IMG/VR virus record: IMGVR_UViG_3300021964_000012
Location: 124,001-188,000 of that record
DNA: 64,000 bases
Direction: 5' to 3' (one strand)
Shown: one piece after another, positions 55,860-64,000 of the stretch
How positions within the stretch are numbered: position 1 is the stretch's first letter
Layout of the letters: each line of letters opens with the position of its first letter
Notes under the pieces: model-generated
Seen by the model: the letters and a program-made list of their open reading frames with translations, nothing else
Told to the model about the DNA's origin: nothing
Database searches by the model: none
Translations under genes and position numbers: made by a program

Positions 55860-56762
55860 TTATCCATTGTTGCAATTCCTTCTGGTGTTTATACAATGAA
55901 ACATAAAACGTCTGCGATACGTAGATGTTTCTATTTGTTTTTTATTAAAAGTGCAATTTTTTTGCCAACTCCAATGTTGTATATACCATCCATAATAATC
56001 TAATACCTGTACCCAAAAAGGTAGGTTAGTCTCTACACGTAAACACGGTAAATTTTCTTGCCAACCAGTTCCGCCATAATGATAGCCATCATCAAAATAA
56101 TGCACAAGCATTGGTTCTTTGTGATTATAACTCTTATCGTTGATGCACTCGAACATCGGTAAGCCTCTTATTTGGTCAGTGATTAATATATCTTTTACAC
56201 CTGCACGATTGACATTCTTGAAAAATTCAACATGACAATTGGTCCAACTTAGACATTGAAAGGCACACACAGTATCAAATTGTTGTAGATAATCTACAGT
56301 CAAATTGTTTACATCTTTTACTTCAAATTTAACTTTGCTTTTAAAATGCGTTTTAATTTTATTGCAAATATCAATGTTTTCTGCATGCACATCTGCTGCG
56401 GTTACAGTTTTTGCACCTAGTTTTTCCATAACAAAAGCAAGGTCACCATTACCGCAACCTATGTCTAGTACATGTTTTCCTTTGAAACATTCTGCATAAG
56501 GAAGTAATTGTGTACCTGCTTCTATATAAGCTCTGTATTCTTTGGGATAGTTGCCAAACATTTCATCTTGCCCTGCTTCTAAACTACCAAGTCTTTTGAT
56601 GTCATATGGTGCTATTCGCAAGGACTTACGATTGTATAAACTTTCTGTAAAGTCAAAATAACCAGTTGGCCACAGATCGTTTGCAGTGTCCTGATCTATA
56701 TCAAGCACTGTTTCTGGTTCTCTTATTAGGTCATACACAAATATGTCTTCGAGGGACTTCAT
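55860..56762 (-). CDS. class I SAM-dependent transferase (CmoB-like)
   Basis: FKGKHVLDIGCGNG, FDTV; coupled to the cmoA-like gene. Confidence 0.7.
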   Translation of the reverse strand: MKSLEDIFVYDLIREPETVLDIDQDTANDLWPTGYFDFTESLYNRKSLRIAPYDIKRLGSLEAGQDEMFGNYPKEYRAYIEAGTQLLPYAECFKGKHVLDIGCGNGDLAFVMEKLGAKTVTAADVHAENIDICNKIKTHFKSKVKFEVKDVNNLTVDYLQQFDTVCAFQCLSWTNCHVEFFKNVNRAGVKDILITDQIRGLPMFECINDKSYNHKEPMLVHYFDDGYHYGGTGWQENLPCLRVETNLPFWVQVLDYYGWYIQHWSWQKNCTFNKKQIETSTYRRRFMFHCINTRRNCNNG

Positions 56763-57427
56763 TTAATTGCAATTGCTCCAATAAACATATGGTTTTGCCA
56801 TATACGTTCATAAGCAGTAAATCCTGCATCAGTTAGAGATACTTGTATCTCTTTCCATGTATTTGGTTTAAGCATATGTCTCAGTTGTTTTTCTTTCAGC
56901 ATTATTTCTTCACTGCTAAAGTTTTTACTTTTGTAATCATAGTAGTTAAAAGTAAGCATGTCTTGTATTGCGGTATTCCTGCACATTATTTTTTCTGCAA
57001 AAATAAATGCACCGCCTGTGTTTAGTCCGTTGTATATATTTTTTAGAACTTCTAATCTATCTTTTTTTGGCATAAACTGTAGTGTAAAAAGACTGGTAAT
57101 CAAACTACAATTAACAAATTTATAATCGCGTACATCAGCATGTATAAATTCATATTGTGAATGCTTTTGTAAATCTTTTTGAAATCCTTCAGCAATTTCT
57201 ATACCAATATAGTTACCTTGCTTACAATGGTCCTTGTTAGAAATGTATAAGAGGTCAGTAAGTTTGCCAGTACTACAACCTATATCAACTATGTTAGTAT
57301 CATCTTCAACAAAATACCTACTGAAGTCTACTACGTCTTGTAATAATTGATCATAGTTCCTGATGCTTAGTTTTATATGTTCGTCAAACCCTCCTTGTAC
57401 ATGTGCGAAAGTAAAATCTTCAGCCAT
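56759..57427 (-). CDS. cmoA: CmoA-like (carboxy-SAM synthase family) protein
   Basis: FTF...FD.HI..SI..Y, DIGCSTG, FTLQF, GGAFIFAEK, AGF. Confidence 0.75.
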   Translation of the reverse strand: MAEDFTFAHVQGGFDEHIKLSIRNYDQLLQDVVDFSRYFVEDDTNIVDIGCSTGKLTDLLYISNKDHCKQGNYIGIEIAEGFQKDLQKHSQYEFIHADVRDYKFVNCSLITSLFTLQFMPKKDRLEVLKNIYNGLNTGGAFIFAEKIMCRNTAIQDMLTFNYYDYKSKNFSSEEIMLKEKQLRHMLKPNTWKEIQVSLTDAGFTAYERIWQNHMFIGAIAIK

Positions 57428-57429
57428 TG

Positions 57430-58446
57430 CTATTCAACATAGTTATTATAAAATTCATGACTGGCAAGATTCTTACACTTGCTTTCGCACTGTATATCCC
57501 AGTTATCTGCAAAGGTGGCTGCCCATTCGTTAACTGCGTGATTCCAATAGAAGTCACTATGGGCACGTAGTTTTTGTTTCTTGTAGCCTTGCTCAAGTAA
57601 TGTGGTCATATCAGGGCGAGTATTAGGATCATGGTCAACTAATATGTCTTCTCTAGATACACTGTAGTGCAATGCTGGACGTACTCCACGCCATGAATCA
57701 ATTATGCGAGAACATCTATCGTCGGTGGTGTTAATATACTCGCCTGAAGCGACCCAGTGATGGTGTATGTCAAGCACAAGTGCAACGTCTTTGGCAAGTT
57801 CAAGCGAGGCTTCAAGCCCCCATTTGTTTTCGTCGTTTTCAATTGTGATAGTATTTCTCGCCTCCGGAGATAGTCTTGGGAGGATTGCTTTAATACCGGC
57901 TGGACCTTGTCTACCGGATATATGGACGTTGCATTTAAAGTCTTGAAATTTGCGGCCGTAGCCCATCCATCGGATAATGTCAACATGATATTCAAACTCC
58001 TCTATACTGCGTTCTACTATGTCTGGATTGTCACTGGCAAGCACTGTAAACTGTCCAGGATGAAAACTAAGACGTACTCCTAGTTCTCTTGCTAACTCAC
58101 CTACACGAGCATATCCTACTGCTAGTTCATCACGTATATCTGGTTGTTGCCAAAAGTAACGCCAGTCTGGTTGTGTATACATAGGCAACTGATTACTGCC
58201 AATACGACACATACGTAAGCCAGGCTTGAGATTACCTACATATTCGACAAGATTGTATGCACTTTGCATATTGTGCGTCATGATATCATACAGTCTTTGT
58301 TCTGCTTCATTAACAGTCTGTCTATTAAGCCATGCAACTGTTGTACACTTTTCTGTAAGTGGACGTTGAATTTCTTCTAGTAGTTTAGGTTTCTGTGTTT
58401 GATCTGGATGTAGATATTTGCAACAAAAGCCGACACGTGCAGTCAT
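57430..58446 (-). CDS. uvsE: UV-damage endonuclease
   Basis: RLSFHPGQFTVLAS, NVHISG, IENDE, LDIHHH, HYS, AHSD, ESK.K. Confidence 0.9.
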   Translation of the reverse strand: MTARVGFCCKYLHPDQTQKPKLLEEIQRPLTEKCTTVAWLNRQTVNEAEQRLYDIMTHNMQSAYNLVEYVGNLKPGLRMCRIGSNQLPMYTQPDWRYFWQQPDIRDELAVGYARVGELARELGVRLSFHPGQFTVLASDNPDIVERSIEEFEYHVDIIRWMGYGRKFQDFKCNVHISGRQGPAGIKAILPRLSPEARNTITIENDENKWGLEASLELAKDVALVLDIHHHWVASGEYINTTDDRCSRIIDSWRGVRPALHYSVSREDILVDHDPNTRPDMTTLLEQGYKKQKLRAHSDFYWNHAVNEWAATFADNWDIQCESKCKNLASHEFYNNYVE

Positions 58447-58459
58447 GTATATCTCCTAA

Positions 58460-59005
58460 TTACATAAGTAATTGTAACACGTTTTCGTAAGTATCGCAAG
58501 ATATATTTTCAATATTTTCAAAACTTTTGTCTAAACCATCAGGATGATCAATAAACACAAATTGGGTATTAGGATTGTTTTTAATAACTGCACGAACTGC
58601 CGCTTCATAACTTTTTGCTAGAAACTTTGCTTTACGATCGGTTACAGTTATTTCCTGTAGATCAAATCCAAGACACAGTACAATCTCGCTGTGGCTACAA
58701 AGATGCAGTGCAATCACATCTTCTTGTTTAGGAAAATCATCTGGAAAGTCACCATCAAAAATCTTTACACCTTTTGGACGATTTAATTCAATATAAGACT
58801 TTTGTGGAATATAAAAATTACAGATTCCATGAAAAGCACGGCGAATTAAATCTTTTGATTTTGTATTATCTGCACACAAAACATTATTTGTATTATAACT
58901 TCGCCAGGTTTTCCAAGATCCCCATGTGGATCCTATTTCTTCTAGTTTTTTAGAATCAATTGTAGGATTAGCATAATCCTCACTTATTACCCAACATGCT
59001 TCCAT
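58460..59005 (-). CDS. hypothetical protein
   Basis: 181-aa ORF, LGFD motif. Confidence 0.55.
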   Translation of the reverse strand: MEACWVISEDYANPTIDSKKLEEIGSTWGSWKTWRSYNTNNVLCADNTKSKDLIRRAFHGICNFYIPQKSYIELNRPKGVKIFDGDFPDDFPKQEDVIALHLCSHSEIVLCLGFDLQEITVTDRKAKFLAKSYEAAVRAVIKNNPNTQFVFIDHPDGLDKSFENIENISCDTYENVLQLLM

Positions 59006-60255
59006 TATTGCGACTTTAACTCATGCCATCTAAAAGCGCCAAGACACAACCATGCAAATGTTCCACCAGGAACAAAAGCAGTATTGAAAACCAAATCTCC
59101 TTTTGCACCACTATATCCGGGAGTTTCTGTTCCGTGTGATATTCTGTTTCTACCGAGCACCAATTTGTTTACCCATGTGGTTCCATCTTTGTCTACTTTT
59201 ACTTGTTCTTTATTATTGGTTATTAAAACTAAATCTTGTGCTTTTGTTGTTCCAATTTGTGCCGTATTAAGACTGCGTTTTCCTATATCTACAGTGATTT
59301 CATTATCCCAAATACTAAGAGCCGCAGTAGGAGCTTGTGTGTTGATTCCAACTCTGGTATTGTCAGCATTCAGTGTTGTGCCAACTTTAAGACTTCTAAG
59401 TGTCCCAACTGATTCAAGGCTACTGTTTTTTATTCCAGAACCTAGTTGATTGCCTTGTACCAATGGTAAGTTGTTAATTTGTACATTTTCAATTGAAATA
59501 CCTTTTACAATATCTTGCTTGATTGTATCTGCGACACTACCAACAAAATCACCTTTGAGTTCAGCAATAGCTTGATCCTTTATAACAGAACCTAATTCTT
59601 TAAATGCAAGATTATCTGTTGCTATTCTTCCTTTTATTACCAGGTCACGATCTATAACTAACGAGCCGTGTATTGTACTGTCACCGCCGATATCTGCTCC
59701 ACCAGTGGATCCAATAGTATAACTATTCAAATGTCCTTTTACCGCAACCACTCCGTCAGCAAATTCGACTTCTCTATTTAAATCGTTGGTTAGTAGTTCA
59801 CGATTTTCTATTAGAACGTCTTTAATTTTATCTTTGACATTTACATCTTTTAATGCACGTGATAAACGTTCGGTAGTTTCCCTGCTTATCTGATTTTGTA
59901 TTTTTTCAACCCATGCCTGATTTGACAGAAGACTTTCTACACTTCCTGATACTAAATTTTCAACTGCATGATCTACTGCCTGGGTAAGCAAAGTGGTATC
60001 AACCATGTTTTCAATGTTAGGAACAAATCCTTTATCAAATAAATCTTGAACACTTGTTTTGACAGTATCAACCAAATCAGGAACAGTTTGAATATTACTG
60101 AAACGTGCAGTTATACGTTTCTGTACAAAATCTATAATTTTGTTTTCTAATTCAATAACCCATTCAGGACTGTTAATAGCCTGACTTACCTGTAGTTCAA
60201 CTTGACGTTTCACTTCAGATTTTACTAATTTTTCAATTGCATCTTCTTTAAGCAT
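59005..60255 (-). CDS. putative virion fibre/structural protein
   Basis: Coiled-coil N-terminus; SSLESVGTL..L.V, RVGINT..P, KGD.VFN...W.C motifs typical of fibre proteins. Confidence 0.55.
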   Translation of the reverse strand: MLKEDAIEKLVKSEVKRQVELQVSQAINSPEWVIELENKIIDFVQKRITARFSNIQTVPDLVDTVKTSVQDLFDKGFVPNIENMVDTTLLTQAVDHAVENLVSGSVESLLSNQAWVEKIQNQISRETTERLSRALKDVNVKDKIKDVLIENRELLTNDLNREVEFADGVVAVKGHLNSYTIGSTGGADIGGDSTIHGSLVIDRDLVIKGRIATDNLAFKELGSVIKDQAIAELKGDFVGSVADTIKQDIVKGISIENVQINNLPLVQGNQLGSGIKNSSLESVGTLRSLKVGTTLNADNTRVGINTQAPTAALSIWDNEITVDIGKRSLNTAQIGTTKAQDLVLITNNKEQVKVDKDGTTWVNKLVLGRNRISHGTETPGYSGAKGDLVFNTAFVPGGTFAWLCLGAFRWHELKSQ

Positions 60256-61180
60256 ATGGCCTCGATTCTCTCCAGGTATCAAGTGTTACACAATGATGTC
60301 CTCCACCAAGTGTGCGTGAATGCCGTAGGGTATGAGGAATAACTGTGAAACCTTTTTTCTCTAGTACTTTACTTAGCTCTAATTGTGCCGTATCCATTAT
60401 AACTGTGGTGGGATTCACTACCAACATGTTAAGTCCAATCCATTTACTTGCATAAGGATATTGATAGAATACACTTGCCACAACATCCTCAACCCAGATA
60501 ATTTCCCAATCTTTCATACACTTTGGCAAATAACGTTTGCTTTTCACTCTTGGTTTATTGCATATTGCAAGTCCTTGACGTAGTGGAACTATGGTACTAT
60601 CAATATGTACTCCAGCATAAAAGTTTACTTTTTCAATGTTTATATGTGGATATTGTTCACACAACCATTCGTAAGCAGCTTGGTTACCACTTTCGCTTTC
60701 TAAGTATACCCAATCATTTCCTAATCTACAGATATTAGCCGCATCTAAAACCATTCCAGAATTCAGTGGCATTTGCTTTATAGTATTATCTTTAAGCATA
60801 GCGCCGTAGCATAACTGCTCCATTTGTCGGCAAGGATACATCATTGCTGGATTAAGGATTTCTCTGCCTGCAATTAAAAATCTATCTCGTGGACAATAAT
60901 TGTACATTCCACCAAGCCCTTGAAAGTTTAAGGTATTGTTTGGACGATTAACTTTTACATCTTGTTTAATTAATATTTCTGCTAGTGAGTCTAAATCTTC
61001 ATTTGCTTCTTCAATAATCCAGTCTGGTACTGGCCCGCTTGGCACCGGTGTTTCTTTCCAAAGAGTTTTTTCACTTTCATTTGCAAACACTGGGTCCTCA
61101 TTGGGCCAGTTTGCCCAATCTGCAACACCAACATAACATTCTTTAAGTTGGTCCCATTCGTTAAAACTTCTTATTTTCAA
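60248..61180 (-). CDS. glycine/inosamine amidinotransferase family protein
   Basis: NEWDQLKE..VG, CPRD, DAAN, HIDST, GGGHHCVTLD (catalytic D/H/C). Confidence 0.88.
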   Translation of the reverse strand: MKIRSFNEWDQLKECYVGVADWANWPNEDPVFANESEKTLWKETPVPSGPVPDWIIEEANEDLDSLAEILIKQDVKVNRPNNTLNFQGLGGMYNYCPRDRFLIAGREILNPAMMYPCRQMEQLCYGAMLKDNTIKQMPLNSGMVLDAANICRLGNDWVYLESESGNQAAYEWLCEQYPHINIEKVNFYAGVHIDSTIVPLRQGLAICNKPRVKSKRYLPKCMKDWEIIWVEDVVASVFYQYPYASKWIGLNMLVVNPTTVIMDTAQLELSKVLEKKGFTVIPHTLRHSRTLGGGHHCVTLDTWRESRPYA

Positions 61181-61692
61181 TCAATTACTCCAGTAATTTG
61201 TAGTGTATATCTAGATGTTTTTCCAACATTGGCTGCAAGATGCGGAGTGTCATTTTTCCATACTATGTAATCGCCAGCACGCCAGTCTGTGATTACTGTG
61301 TCTTCAATTTCACTTACATGGCCACTTTGCCAATCTTCTAAATAAATTATGGCTCTGTGAATATCACCTTGCCAGTTGTGTAGTTCGCGAAATCTTGCGT
61401 AGGTATCTCCATGCATTGGTAAACAACAACCTGGATTCATTCTATACACACTCCAACTAAAATAGCGCCAGTCAAATACATTACGTATTAGATGCATCCA
61501 TTCAGGTTCTTCTTGTCGCATGTCATACATGTCACCTGTGAATTTGGTCTGTGTGTAACCGAGGTTACGCCATTCCTTTAAACTTACAGGATCATTGAAT
61601 GGTTCGTTGATGTACATTAGGTCTTTGAATGCATCCATCCATACAGGATAGGTGTGACCACTATACCAGTTTTTTTGTTCTTGTATTTCCAT
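61177..61692 (-). CDS. 2OG-Fe(II) oxygenase/cupin-like protein
   Basis: LPMHGD...PHLAANVG..RYTLQITG. Confidence 0.75.
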   Translation of the reverse strand: MEIQEQKNWYSGHTYPVWMDAFKDLMYINEPFNDPVSLKEWRNLGYTQTKFTGDMYDMRQEEPEWMHLIRNVFDWRYFSWSVYRMNPGCCLPMHGDTYARFRELHNWQGDIHRAIIYLEDWQSGHVSEIEDTVITDWRAGDYIVWKNDTPHLAANVGKTSRYTLQITGVID

Positions 61693-62905
61693 AGTGTATT
61701 ACTTTGTACTTGTTGGTTTTTGTAGGCAGTGTACGCCATGGGTCTACAATTGTAGATCCATTGGGTATGTCGCAGTAGAAATTACTCATTACTGCAATAT
61801 GGCCAGTGTAACCATATGTAATGTTTCTGTTATGTGCATAGAGTATTATTGATGGTTCGTTAATTTTGTCAACACAATTCGTATTATCGTCGGCTAGTGG
61901 ATCAACATAGGTAATTTTTTGTCCTTGTTGTTCAATGTAGTATCCAACCAGTGTGCTATAACTTCCAATACAGAATGGTACGTCTGGCTTGTATGCTTTG
62001 CCGTGTATAACAATTGGTTTTCCATCTGCATGCTCTATTAAAAAATCTGCTAGGTTCTTTGCTTGTACTTCTCTGGCACCCATTATAGTATCAAACATGT
62101 CGTAACCAATGTTGTATTCCTGTGCTAGCCAACGCAGAGCAATATTATCTCTTGGATGGCATGCTCCTGCATCTCCCATGCCGGCAGTCATATACTTTGG
62201 CCCCATAATACGCATTGTACTTTGTGCTAGAGCATCAGTAACAACATCAACGTTGATATTACCTATCTTAAGTGCAAAGTCCTGTATCATATTTACAAGC
62301 CCTACTTTAGCACTAATAAATGTGTTGTAGAATATTTTAATTGCTTCACATTCGTCCCAAGTTCCTGTAACATATCTTGGATCATTTTTCATCAATGGTT
62401 TATATAGATTGATAAGATCTTCCATCTCACTTGGATTGCCTGTTTCTGTTCCTATCATTACCATTTCAGGATTTGCAAAATCCCATTTTACACTACCCAT
62501 TGCAATTAAATATGGATTGTACAAAAATTGATGCTTGTTATCCAACAGGGTATAGAAGTGTCTACGTGTTGTACCAGGTAAGACTGTTGATATCAATACT
62601 ATACGTTTTGGTTTGGTTGCATTTTCATTCACCATTTGAATTGCATCTTTAACTGCATCATGACCAAAGTCTCGTGGTTCCATATGTGAACTTGGCACAC
62701 TGCCATCATAGCCTTCTGCATGGGGCGTTTGTACTGCAATAAATATCCAGTCACTGTTGTCTATCATTTCTTTTGGTGTGTTGCAAACTTTTACACTGTC
62801 GCTGGTACGTGGGTAAATATCATAACCATGCACACTATATTTTTCAGCCATAACTTCAGCACAATCAAGACCAAGTTTTCCCAAGCCTATAAATCCAATT
62901 TTCAT
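61661..62905 (-). CDS. ugd: UDP-glucose/GDP-mannose 6-dehydrogenase
   Basis: GLGKLG Rossmann fold, AVQTP, STVLPGT, K..YN, G.GDAGACHPRD, AYKP. Confidence 0.88.
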   Translation of the reverse strand: MKIGFIGLGKLGLDCAEVMAEKYSVHGYDIYPRTSDSVKVCNTPKEMIDNSDWIFIAVQTPHAEGYDGSVPSSHMEPRDFGHDAVKDAIQMVNENATKPKRIVLISTVLPGTTRRHFYTLLDNKHQFLYNPYLIAMGSVKWDFANPEMVMIGTETGNPSEMEDLINLYKPLMKNDPRYVTGTWDECEAIKIFYNTFISAKVGLVNMIQDFALKIGNINVDVVTDALAQSTMRIMGPKYMTAGMGDAGACHPRDNIALRWLAQEYNIGYDMFDTIMGAREVQAKNLADFLIEHADGKPIVIHGKAYKPDVPFCIGSYSTLVGYYIEQQGQKITYVDPLADDNTNCVDKINEPSIILYAHNRNITYGYTGHIAVMSNFYCDIPNGSTIVDPWRTLPTKTNKYKVIHYGNTRTKKLV

Positions 62906-62926
62906 TTTTTAATGGAACCTTTCTAA

Positions 62927-64000
62927 ATGTCTATTCCTACTAATAATTTATACAATTTTGTAGCCCAGGCCTTAGAAAACAGGTATCTGATAAAATACTT
63001 TTATCCCTGGGGACAAAAAGGATTTGCAAATATTACCTGTAATGATGAGGACAAACATCCTAATTACTTCAGTGACCTCTTATTGGATAAGCCTACTGTG
63101 ATGTGTCACGACCAGGAACCATTGGATTTTGACTTATACAACGATAATGCCCTTAGTGAACAAATACACAACATGAATCCACATATTTTACGAGAATACG
63201 AAGGTCACAAAACTGATAAAAGCAGACGTAACTCTTGGCACGATTTAAATCTTAGATGGCATCTACCTAACGATAGCAGTAACTTTTGGGTTCTATTACA
63301 TAGTGAACTGAATTCTCCTGAAATTGCAAAGTATGAAAACACAGGTTTGTTTAAATGTGCGTATTGGTGGGCACATGCACCTATTGCAATTGATTGGTTT
63401 AGATTTGCTCGTTATGATAACAGACTAAAACGACAAAGTCAAGACATAAAGGCAAACTTTTTACTCTATGCTCGAGAAACTACAGGAAAACGTGCATATA
63501 GGAAAAATTTTTTAACACAATTAAAAAATACAGATAGTGTGCAACTAGGTAGTTTTAACAAATATCCTATATCTAGCAATAGCAGTGCAATATACGACCC
63601 AGACGACTTTGCATACACAAACTGTAGTATTGTATTAGAAACTGTAAATGATAGAATACATCTTACAGAGAAAACACTTCGTCCACTTGCATGTGGACAT
63701 CCTTTCTTGTTGGTAAACGGTCACGGCGCCTTAGAAAAAATAAGGTCGTATGGATTCAAGACATTCCATCCATTCCTTGATGAAAATTACGATCTAGAAC
63801 CAGATCGAGACAAACGTATGGCAATGGTAATAGCAGAAATCGACAGAATAGACACCTCAAGTGAAAAGTATCAACAGTGGATATGGAACGGTTGCCAAGA
63901 AATTGCGGACTATAACAAACGTTTATTCTTTGATGATAAATTTATATGGCGTGTTAAGACTGAACTTCAGCGTACTGTTAGAGAACACGGTATGCCAACT
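62927..64000 (+). CDS. hypothetical glycosyltransferase-like protein, runs off the right edge
   Basis: Not in ORF track. ATG at 62927; IVLET..LTEKTLRPLACGHPF...GFKTF..DENYD. Confidence 0.55.
   Translation, partial: MSIPTNNLYNFVAQALENRYLIKYFYPWGQKGFANITCNDEDKHPNYFSDLLLDKPTVMCHDQEPLDFDLYNDNALSEQIHNMNPHILREYEGHKTDKSRRNSWHDLNLRWHLPNDSSNFWVLLHSELNSPEIAKYENTGLFKCAYWWAHAPIAIDWFRFARYDNRLKRQSQDIKANFLLYARETTGKRAYRKNFLTQLKNTDSVQLGSFNKYPISSNSSAIYDPDDFAYTNCSIVLETVNDRIHLTEKTLRPLACGHPFLLVNGHGALEKIRSYGFKTFHPFLDENYDLEPDRDKRMAMVIAEIDRIDTSSEKYQQWIWNGCQEIADYNKRLFFDDKFIWRVKTELQRTVREHGMPT

Noticed and set aside
5-62926. Many 60-190 aa track ORFs antisense to or nested in confident genes (for example 2792..3346+, 24511..25080+, 38889..39347-)
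   Set aside because: They are shadows of real genes, with no RBS or recognisable motifs
1-64000. CRISPR array, IS element or integrase
   Set aside because: No regularly spaced repeats or transposase/integrase motifs were seen; the dispersed repeats are promoter cassettes
1-64000. Alternative genetic code (stop-codon reassignment)
   Set aside because: Conserved genes are full length in code 11, and TAA, TAG and TGA all end genes at expected positions
1-64000. Cellular chromosome origin suggested by clpA, infA, iscA, apt and ugd
   Set aside because: These genes lack their usual operon partners and are interspersed with lysis, fibre and clamp-loader genes and T4-like late promoters

Overview
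This AT-rich, gene-dense window, mostly on the minus strand, reads as part of a large T4-like/jumbo myophage genome. The host is probably a Gram-negative aquatic proteobacterium (inference from spanins, FdxA, TctA/TctC, IF-1 and an ArfA-like peptide). It carries a lysis cassette (lysozyme plus overlapping Rz/Rz1 spanins), ClpA, DnaJ, GroES, PhoH, a clamp loader, an isolated DnaE fragment and baseplate/tail-fibre genes. It also holds many auxiliary metabolic genes (radical SAMs, IscA, ferredoxin, TctA/TctC, APS kinase, CmoA-like, UvsE, amidinotransferase, Ugd), about 12 sigma70-type early promoters and T4-like late promoters. The strongest candidate for an undescribed system is an asparagine module at 8380-9395 (-). 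A late promoter TATAAATA is followed by a leaderless Met-Asn-Lys-stop minigene, then an anti-SD/terminator-like leader, then a catalytic-domain-only AsnRS-like gene, then a 103-nt tRNA-Asn(GUU) with a class-II body and an 11-bp variable arm. Other highlights: a class-3 lipase domain inside a large Ig-repeat virion protein, an unannotated ArfA-like peptide, a repeated late-promoter + 5 nt + ATG leaderless layout, AUU/AUA starts, and C-terminal -AA degron-like tails on early proteins. All protein calls come from motif recognition by eye; no database search was run.
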